From an uncultured Lachnospiraceae bacterium (GTDB taxonomy: Bacteria; Bacillota; Clostridia; Oscillospirales; CAG-272): a stretch of 64,000 nt of DNA. Made by a program: the position numbers and the translations under genes. Location of the stretch: assembly GCA_964430755.1 (NCBI GenBank), contig CAYSFT010000002.1, positions 21,001 through 85,000 of the forward strand, written 5' to 3'. Shown one piece after another: positions 56,860 through 64,000 of the stretch. The stretch's first letter is position 1, and each line of letters begins with the position of its first letter. The notes beneath the pieces are model-generated. The model was given only the letters and a program-made list of their open reading frames with translations, ran no database searches and had not been told where the DNA came from.

Positions 56860-57263
56860 CTTACCGCCTCCATCCCTTACTGCGCATAATTATACAAATA
56901 ACATTATATCAGATTTTTTTCTGCTTGTCAACCGAGGATATTTATTATTTTCGCCTTTCACTGAAAAACGTGATGAAAATTTGTCTTATTATAATGTAAG
57001 TCGTAAATTTTCTGAAAATATTGGCGAAAAAAGCGTTTCGGGGTTGATTTTTGGTGTTATACTATGATATAATATACTATGTATAAGTATCGACGTTAAT
57101 CGACTGTTTTATTATCGCTTCCGCAAAGCGGCTCGAAAACGGGCGTGTATTTGTTAAACGCTTGTAAACATTTGCGATTTTTAATTTAACGGTGAAAAAA
57201 CGGCGTATATTAATAGGCGTATATTAATATTTGTACAGAGATTTTTTAATAGGACGGTAAATT

Positions 57264-58268
57264 GTGAACGATAAAACAATAGCCGAAATCTTACGCGAAC
57301 GTATGGAAAGCGCTTTCTCACCGTATGCTTTTCGTGAAGCGGATTCGCGCGGACGTGAGGTTCCACTGCCGCCATCTGAAGTGAGAAACGAATTTCAGCG
57401 TGACCGCGACAGAATCATCCATTCAAAAGCCTTTCGAAGGCTCATGCACAAAACGCAGGTCTTTTTAGCTCCCGAAATCGAGCATTACAGAACAAGACTG
57501 ACTCACACGCTTGAGGTCACGCAGATTGCACGCACGATAACACGCGCACTCTCGTTAAACGAGGATCTCTGTGAAGCAGCGGCACTCGGTCACGATCTTG
57601 GTCACACTCCGTTTGGTCACATCGGCGAAAAGGCACTTCAGCGTTACTGTCTGCCCGAATTCACTCATTACGGTCAAAGTCTTCGCGTGGTTGAAAAGCT
57701 TGAGCGGCTTAACTTAACCTGGGAGGTTCGCGACGGTATAGTCAATCACCAGGGCGAGCATCTTGCGTCAACGCTTGAGGGACGCATTGTGAAATTTGCA
57801 GACCGTATCGCTTATATCAACCACGATATTGACGACGCGGTTCGCGCAGGTATACTTTCCGAGTCGGATATTCCCGAGAAGCTTCACAAAATCCTCGGCG
57901 CAAACCATTCGGCAAGGATCAACACGATGGTTATGAGCATCGTCCGTGCAAGCGACGGAAAGAATACGATCGCAATGGAAGCGGACATTAAAGCAGCGAC
58001 GGATGAGCTTCGTGAATTTCTCTTTGAAAAGGTTTACTATAACGCTCACGTTCTTTCCGAGGAGGAGAGGGCAATGGGACTTATCGTGCGGCTTTTTGAA
58101 TATTTCGTGAAGCACCCCGAGAAGATGCCGTCAAATTATCGCGTACTCTGCGAGGAAGAACCGATTGAGCGTATCGTTGCAGACTTCATTTCCGGTATGA
58201 CAGACAGACACGCGATCAATGTTTACGAGGATTTGTTTATTCCAAGCACATGGAGCGGATTAACTTGA
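57264..58268 (+). CDS. dgt: dGTPase-like HD-domain triphosphohydrolase
   Basis: FQRDRDRIIHSKAFRRL, RLTHTLEV and HDLGHTPFGH motifs. GTG start. Confidence 0.85.
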   Translation: MNDKTIAEILRERMESAFSPYAFREADSRGREVPLPPSEVRNEFQRDRDRIIHSKAFRRLMHKTQVFLAPEIEHYRTRLTHTLEVTQIARTITRALSLNEDLCEAAALGHDLGHTPFGHIGEKALQRYCLPEFTHYGQSLRVVEKLERLNLTWEVRDGIVNHQGEHLASTLEGRIVKFADRIAYINHDIDDAVRAGILSESDIPEKLHKILGANHSARINTMVMSIVRASDGKNTIAMEADIKAATDELREFLFEKVYYNAHVLSEEERAMGLIVRLFEYFVKHPEKMPSNYRVLCEEEPIERIVADFISGMTDRHAINVYEDLFIPSTWSGLT

Positions 58269-58281
58269 GAGGTGGATACAT

Positions 58282-60069
58282 ATGATATCACCCGAAATCG
58301 TTGAAGAAATAAAATATCGCTGTGACATTGAGGAAATTATATCCGGATATGTACCGCTGAAGCGTGCCGGCTCAAACCTCAACGGGCGCTGTCCGTTTCA
58401 CAGTGAGCGTACACCTTCGTTCACGGTCTTTCCGTCAACACGAAGCTTTTATTGCTTTGGCTGCGGTGCCGGCGGCGATGTTGTGACGTTTATAATGAAA
58501 CGCGAAAATCTTGACTATGTTTCGGCACTTGAGCTGCTTGCCGCACATGTTGGCGTTGAGATACCGCGTGACACACGTAATCGTGAGGAAGAGCGCGGCG
58601 TAAAGCGTGAGCGTGTGCTTGCGATGAACCGTGAAGCGGCGAGGTTTTTCCATAATTGTCTATATGATAAGACTGTCGGTTCTGCGGCACTTAAATATCT
58701 GACAGACCGCGGACTTTCAGGCTCGGTTATCAAGCATTTCGGTCTCGGATTTGCGCCCGATGGCTTTGGTATGCTGACCGATCATCTTACAAAGCTCGGT
58801 TACACGGCTGAAGAAATGTCAGCGGCGTTCCTATGCGGAATATCAAAAAAGACCGGCAGACCTTACGATTATTTTCGCAACAGAGTTATTTTTCCGATCA
58901 TTGATGTTACGGGAAATGTCGTGGCGTTCGGCGGACGAGTTATGGACTCCTCGGAGCCGAAATATCTCAATACGTCAGATACGCCGGCATTCAAAAAGAG
59001 CCGTAACCTTTTTGCGCTCAATTATGCAAAAAGTAAGTGCGCCGACCGTTTGATACTTTGCGAAGGTTACATGGACGTTATCGCGCTTCATGCACACGGC
59101 TTTGAAAACTCCGTTGCAACGCTTGGTACGGCGATAACTCCCGATCAGGCACGTATCATGGCGAAATACACAAAGCAGGTCATAATCTCATACGATTCCG
59201 ATGAAGCAGGTCAGCGTGCCGCAAACAAGGCGATGAAGCTTCTCGGAGAGGTCGGGCTTGATGTCAGAGTTCTGCGCATCAACGGTGCAAAGGATCCGGA
59301 CGAATTTTTAAAGAAAAACGGTTCGACTGCGCATGAAAAATTCAAGCTTTTACTCGACAATAGCCGTGCGCAGTTTGAGTTCAAGCTTGATGGAGTGCTC
59401 TCGCGGCATGATGTTAACATTGTTGATGAGCGCATCAAGGCGGCGTCAGAGCTTTGTCGCATTATAAGTGAGGTTTATTCCGAGGCTGAGCGCGACGTAT
59501 ATATCGGCGTTGTGTCGGAAAAGCTCTCGATACCGCGTGACAGCTTGAAGAATGATGTCAAGCGTATGATGCAGAAAAACGACCGCGCACAGAAAAAGGA
59601 AGAATTCAGAGGTATCGTTAATAAAACAGCAGGCTTCGGTGACCGTGTCAATCCCGATATGATGAAAAGCACGGGTGCGGTCAACGCCGAGGAAAATATA
59701 CTCGGTATACTGTTATTATTCCCGGAAAACCTTGCCGATGTTAAGCGAGGCAAGCTTGATTTGTCGGAGGACGATTTCTTCTCCGAGTTTGGCAAACGGG
59801 TTTTCAGCGAGTCATTAGTGCGGTGTGATGATACCGGCAAATTTGATATAACACTTCTTAATGAGGTTTTCAGCACCGATGAAATGGGACGGATCACCTC
59901 CATGGTTATACGGCGCAGACAGCTTACCGAAAACGGCGGCGAGCTGCTTCGTGATATGATCGTGCGGCTTAAGGAAGAAACAAAACGCCGTCTTGGTGAA
60001 GGCGATGAGCTTTCGCAGATTGCGGATATTCTTGCAAGTCAGCGTTCCAAGCTAAAAAAGAAACAGTAA
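58282..60069 (+). CDS. dnaG: DNA primase
   Basis: Zinc finger CPFHSERTPSF...CFGCG plus a TOPRIM domain (EGYMDV, DSDEAG). Confidence 0.95.
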   Translation: MISPEIVEEIKYRCDIEEIISGYVPLKRAGSNLNGRCPFHSERTPSFTVFPSTRSFYCFGCGAGGDVVTFIMKRENLDYVSALELLAAHVGVEIPRDTRNREEERGVKRERVLAMNREAARFFHNCLYDKTVGSAALKYLTDRGLSGSVIKHFGLGFAPDGFGMLTDHLTKLGYTAEEMSAAFLCGISKKTGRPYDYFRNRVIFPIIDVTGNVVAFGGRVMDSSEPKYLNTSDTPAFKKSRNLFALNYAKSKCADRLILCEGYMDVIALHAHGFENSVATLGTAITPDQARIMAKYTKQVIISYDSDEAGQRAANKAMKLLGEVGLDVRVLRINGAKDPDEFLKKNGSTAHEKFKLLLDNSRAQFEFKLDGVLSRHDVNIVDERIKAASELCRIISEVYSEAERDVYIGVVSEKLSIPRDSLKNDVKRMMQKNDRAQKKEEFRGIVNKTAGFGDRVNPDMMKSTGAVNAEENILGILLLFPENLADVKRGKLDLSEDDFFSEFGKRVFSESLVRCDDTGKFDITLLNEVFSTDEMGRITSMVIRRRQLTENGGELLRDMIVRLKEETKRRLGEGDELSQIADILASQRSKLKKKQ

Positions 60070-60110
60070 ATATCCATTAACAATATAATTTCAGGAAAGG
60101 GTAAAGTGGC

Positions 60111-61289
60111 ATGGCAGATAAAACAAAGAAGTATGAAGCAGACGAAGAAATAGAAGAAACAGTGGAAACAGGCGAAACGGCGGAGGACGAAGCTCCCGAA
60201 AATGCCGAGAAAAAGTTCAACGTCGGTGATCTTATAGCCAAGGGTAAAAGCAAGGGCTCGCTGACATCAAGCGAGATTGTTGAAGCTCTCGGTGAGGTTG
60301 ATTACGACATTGATCAGATTGACAAGCTTTATGAGGATCTCGAAAGTCACGGCATTGAAGTTAATTACCTCGACAGTCCCGATTTCGCGGATATCGAAAC
60401 CGAGGTTGAGCAGTACGAATCCGCTGAGGAAATGGAAAAAATGCTTATGCAGGAGGGCCTTGCGATTGATGACCCTGTGCGTATGTATTTAAAGGAAATC
60501 GGTCAGGTTCCGCTGCTTGACAACGACCATGAGCTTGCGCTTGCCGAGAAGATGGCGAATGGCGACGAGGAGGCAAAGCAGGAGCTTGTTAAGGCTAATC
60601 TGCGACTTGTTGTTTCGATCGCAAAGCGTTACGTCGGAAAGGGTATGTTCTTCCTCGACCTTATCCAAGAGGGTAACCTCGGTCTTATGAAGGCGGTTGA
60701 TAAGTTCGATTACAGAAAGGGTTACAAGTTCTCAACCTATGCAACATGGTGGATAAGACAGGCGATCACACGTGCAATTGCAGATCAGGCACGTACAATC
60801 CGCATCCCGGTTCACATGGTTGAAACGATACACAAGGTTTCGCGTTATTCGCGTCAGCTTCTCCAGGAAAACGGACGTGAAGCGTCTGCAGAGGAGATCG
60901 CGGAAAAGATGGGCACAAGCGCCGATAAGGTACGTGAGATCATGAAGATCGCGCAGGATCCTGTTTCGCTTGAAACTCCTATCGGTGAGGAGGAGGACAG
61001 TCACCTCGGCGATTTCATTCCCGATGACGATTCTCCCGCACCTGCTGAAGCGGCATCACAGACTATGCTTCGCGAGGAGCTTGACAAGGTGCTTCAGACA
61101 CTGACGACACGTGAAGCTCACGTTCTTAAGCTGCGTTTCGGTCTTGTTGACGGACGCACACGCACGCTTGAGGAGGTTGGCAAGGAGTTTAACATCACAA
61201 GAGAGCGTATTCGTCAGATCGAGGCGAAGGCACTTCGTAAGCTTCGTCACCCCAGCCGTTCAAAGCGACTTAAGGATTATCTCGACTGA
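60111..61289 (+). CDS. rpoD: primary RNA polymerase sigma factor (sigma-70/SigA)
   Basis: Conserved regions 1.2 to 4.2 ([44 protein letters not shown]). Confidence 0.95.
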   Translation: MADKTKKYEADEEIEETVETGETAEDEAPENAEKKFNVGDLIAKGKSKGSLTSSEIVEALGEVDYDIDQIDKLYEDLESHGIEVNYLDSPDFADIETEVEQYESAEEMEKMLMQEGLAIDDPVRMYLKEIGQVPLLDNDHELALAEKMANGDEEAKQELVKANLRLVVSIAKRYVGKGMFFLDLIQEGNLGLMKAVDKFDYRKGYKFSTYATWWIRQAITRAIADQARTIRIPVHMVETIHKVSRYSRQLLQENGREASAEEIAEKMGTSADKVREIMKIAQDPVSLETPIGEEEDSHLGDFIPDDDSPAPAEAASQTMLREELDKVLQTLTTREAHVLKLRFGLVDGRTRTLEEVGKEFNITRERIRQIEAKALRKLRHPSRSKRLKDYLD

Positions 61290-61466
61290 TAATTCGGCAT
61301 AAGTTACAAAAAAATGAATAAAACTTGTGAATGACAAACAAAACAATTTGTTAAAGTGACGAAAAATGTACCGCAAAATTGGTGGTATTTAACAATGATG
61401 TTTTACAAAACCGTTAAGAAATTTTGACGGGGTTTTACACTTGAAAAATAACCTGAAAAAAATTGC

Positions 61467-61495
61467 TTGACAGATTTCGAATAATGGTGTAAAAT
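61467..61495 (+). promoter_or_regulatory. sigma-A-type promoter
   Basis: TTGACA, 17-nt spacer, TGtTAAAAT. Confidence 0.55.
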
Positions 61496-61531
61496 ATTAA
61501 GAGTATATTTATATTTATCGGGAGGATAACA

Positions 61532-63193
61532 ATGAAAAAAAGATTTGTAAGCTCGGCTCTTGCCATGCTTATGTTATTGTCAACTCTTATGACCGCGTCC
61601 TGCGGAAAAGAGGAGGATTCGAGTGATACACTGCAGATCGAGGGCGATGATGCCTCGGCGATGACTCTCTCCATTTGGGGTATAAAGGGTGAGGGCACAA
61701 CAGATGAGGCTATTGCCGTCGTTGAAGAGGCAATGAACAAGATTACAAAGTCTCAGTTCAACACCGCCATTGACCTTAATCTTTATTTTGAAGACGAATA
61801 TGACGCAAAGCTCGAAGAGCGTATGGATGAGATCCAGAAGATTTTAGACGAGGAAAAGCCCACCTCCGGCGGCAAGAAAAAAGAAGAATCCACAACTGCT
61901 GCCGATGAAAACGAGGAAACCACCGAGGAGGAAACCATCCTTGATGAAGACGGTTATCCTGTAACAAAGTATCCCGAGGTTGGCGAAAAGCAGCTCGATA
62001 TCTTCCTTATCACCGACTATGAAATGCTCGAAAAGTATAATGAGAAAGAGGTTCTTTCCGTTCTCGATTCCGAGCTCAGCGGTGCATCGAAGCTCATCAA
62101 GTCTTATGTTCATCCGACATTTATTTCTGCGGGTGTTATAAAGGGTAAGACCGTTGCTATCCCCAATCAGCAGCTTGTTGGCGAATATACATATATGCTC
62201 GTTAATAAAGAGCTTGCAGACAAGTATTATTGGGATATCGACAATTTCACTATCCTTTCCGACACATATGATTTCATTCTCGACGTTAAGCGTGATGAAC
62301 CCGATTATCAGCCCGTTGTCGGCGACCTTTCCTACATTAATCTGAACTATTACACTCTTGACGGTGAGCCCTCGATTATCGGAAGCATGGTTAGCGCGGA
62401 TAAGGTTCACGGTTACAGCATTGAGCCGATGCTTCTTTTCCAGTCAACAAACTGGATGCGTTACACCAAGCTTTACGAAAAGCTTCGCGTTAACGAGTGC
62501 ATCGGAAGCGAAACATTCACGGCAGAGGACAAGTTCGGCGTTGGCGTTATGAAGGGAACTTCTGCGGATGTTGCCGCATTTGAAGAAGAATATCACATTG
62601 TACCTCTCCAGGTTCCGCAGGGTACAACCGAGAACCTTTTTAACGGTATGTTCGCTGTCAGCACATACACAAAGGATCTCGCGCGTTCAATGGAAATTAT
62701 CACATACCTCAATACCAGAAGCGATCTTCGCAATCTCTTCGGTTACGGTATTGAGGGCGAGCATTATGAGCTCGACGATGAGGGCAACCTTAAGGTTATA
62801 AGCGATGACTATAACATGAAGCTCGAATATACCGGTAACTGCTTTATAGCTCATGTTCCCGAGGGACAGCCTGCAAATTACTGGGATATCGCAAAGAGTC
62901 ATAATGTTGAGCTTGTACTCTCGCCTTACTTCCAGTTTGAAATTGATCCCGAGCAGATCGATATGCAGTTGCATAATTATATAGCTAAGCTCAGTAAGGA
63001 ATATTATGACGGTCTTGAGCTTTATACAACTGAAGAAGAAGTGCTTGACTACATTGATGATTTCTGGGAAAGAGCCGATGATGACGAAAAGGTTAACCTG
63101 TGGCTCAATCAGACTCCCGAAGCACTGAGCGAGGATGAAGAACCTCCCAAAACCCTTGGTGCATACTATATGGCATGGGACGCTGTAAACTAA
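61532..63193 (+). CDS. large extracellular solute-binding lipoprotein (ABC transporter, family-1-like)
   Basis: Lipobox LMTASCG. 553 aa with an acidic linker. The general architecture matches LplA-type sugar-binding proteins. No permease gene is adjacent in the window. Confidence 0.7.
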   Translation: MKKRFVSSALAMLMLLSTLMTASCGKEEDSSDTLQIEGDDASAMTLSIWGIKGEGTTDEAIAVVEEAMNKITKSQFNTAIDLNLYFEDEYDAKLEERMDEIQKILDEEKPTSGGKKKEESTTAADENEETTEEETILDEDGYPVTKYPEVGEKQLDIFLITDYEMLEKYNEKEVLSVLDSELSGASKLIKSYVHPTFISAGVIKGKTVAIPNQQLVGEYTYMLVNKELADKYYWDIDNFTILSDTYDFILDVKRDEPDYQPVVGDLSYINLNYYTLDGEPSIIGSMVSADKVHGYSIEPMLLFQSTNWMRYTKLYEKLRVNECIGSETFTAEDKFGVGVMKGTSADVAAFEEEYHIVPLQVPQGTTENLFNGMFAVSTYTKDLARSMEIITYLNTRSDLRNLFGYGIEGEHYELDDEGNLKVISDDYNMKLEYTGNCFIAHVPEGQPANYWDIAKSHNVELVLSPYFQFEIDPEQIDMQLHNYIAKLSKEYYDGLELYTTEEEVLDYIDDFWERADDDEKVNLWLNQTPEALSEDEEPPKTLGAYYMAWDAVN

Positions 63194-63257
63194 TTAAATA
63201 ATAAATGGGAGGTATCGAAAATGATATCTCCCGATTTTTATATTTTTGGAGGAAAAA

Positions 63258-64000
63258 ATGAGCTTTGATTTCAGAATGCCGACAGAAATAATCTCCGGCG
63301 AAAACACTGTGAAAAACAATGCCGAAAGATTTGCACTCGGCAAAAAATGCCTTATCATTACAGGTAAAAATTCCGCTAAAGCCTCGGGTGCGCTTGATGA
63401 TGTAACGGCTGTGCTTGAGTCGCTTGGAATCGGATATACGCAGTATGATAAAATAATGGAAAATCCGCTTGTTTCGGTTTGCTATGAGGGTGGAAAACTT
63501 GCGCGTGAATACGGTGCTGAGTTTATAGTTGCGATTGGCGGAGGTTCGCCTCTTGATGCAGCAAAATCTATCGCGGCATATGCGGCAAATCCCGATCTTT
63601 CACCGCTTGATATTTACACGGCAAGTCTTAAACCGTCACTGCCGATCATCGCTATTCCGACCACAGCGGGAACGGGCAGCGAGGTTAACTACTATTCGGT
63701 TATGACGCTCGACGGAAAGAACGTGAAAAAGACCTTCAAGAGTCCGTATTCTTATCCGAAATATGCAATTCTCGATCCCAAATACACCGAATCGCTCGGA
63801 CTTAATTACACTGTTTCAACCGCGCTCGATGCATTTTGTCACTGCGTTGAATCTTATCTTTCGCCAAGAGCGACGGAAATTTCGCGTATGTTTGCAGTGA
63901 TGGGCGCACGCAAGCTCTATGCTGCACTTGCTAAGATGGCAGATATTACGGATGGTGATGGTGTGCTTGAAAAATTAAAGCCGTATCGCTATGAGTTGTT
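63258..64000 (+). CDS. iron-containing alcohol dehydrogenase (3' end lies outside the window)
   Basis: MSFDFRMPTEIISGEN..., GGGSPLDAAK and PTTAGTGSE motifs. The ORF runs off the window end. Confidence 0.8.
   Translation, partial: MSFDFRMPTEIISGENTVKNNAERFALGKKCLIITGKNSAKASGALDDVTAVLESLGIGYTQYDKIMENPLVSVCYEGGKLAREYGAEFIVAIGGGSPLDAAKSIAAYAANPDLSPLDIYTASLKPSLPIIAIPTTAGTGSEVNYYSVMTLDGKNVKKTFKSPYSYPKYAILDPKYTESLGLNYTVSTALDAFCHCVESYLSPRATEISRMFAVMGARKLYAALAKMADITDGDGVLEKLKPYRYEL

Overview
This 64-kb window looks like a Firmicutes chromosome, probably Clostridia/Oscillospiraceae-like, judged by gene content and order only. Most of it is housekeeping DNA. I found no rRNA and no CRISPR array.

Core blocks:
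- def(3' end)-fmt-Zn peptidase-rsmB-rlmN-stp-prkC-rsgA-thiN.
- blaI/blaR1-like pair, metA, a 1034-aa surface protein, nrdG, a purM-like gene, rbsK and ruvX.
- queH, a VanY-type peptidase, lysC and potABCD.
- rsmA, GTP-PEPCK, yigZ-hflX-rpmE and alr.
- An XRE-cupin/acyl-CoA synthetase/esterase operon, a small radical SAM gene, a ferredoxin, yaaT-holB, dgt-dnaG-rpoD, a solute-binding lipoprotein and a truncated Fe-ADH.

Most interesting observations:
1. A ~5.7-kb AT-rich integrative element (about 34.57-40.29 kb) carries two tyrosine recombinases and an HUH Rep with a P-loop domain. It has split a host tRNA-Thr(CGU) gene inside the anticodon stem-loop. The two orphan halves reassemble into a perfect cloverleaf. 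The element carries its own complete, sequence-distinct tRNA-Thr(CGU), 31 nt downstream of the orphaned host 5' half and downstream of a consensus host promoter.
2. A ~115-nt three-hairpin leader occurs twice (11.55 and 53.82 kb), in the same orientation and register in front of two unrelated genes, with a compensatory stem change.
3. A REP/MITE-like repeat family has copies at 11.03, 27.07-27.22 and 44.05-44.56 kb.
4. The BlaR1-type M56 transducer has an extracellular domain that is a catalytically degenerate LytM/M23 fold.
5. A RelE/ParE toxin gene is frameshifted in an A7 tract.

All calls come from reading the sequence and the ORF track by eye. No searches or folding programs were run.
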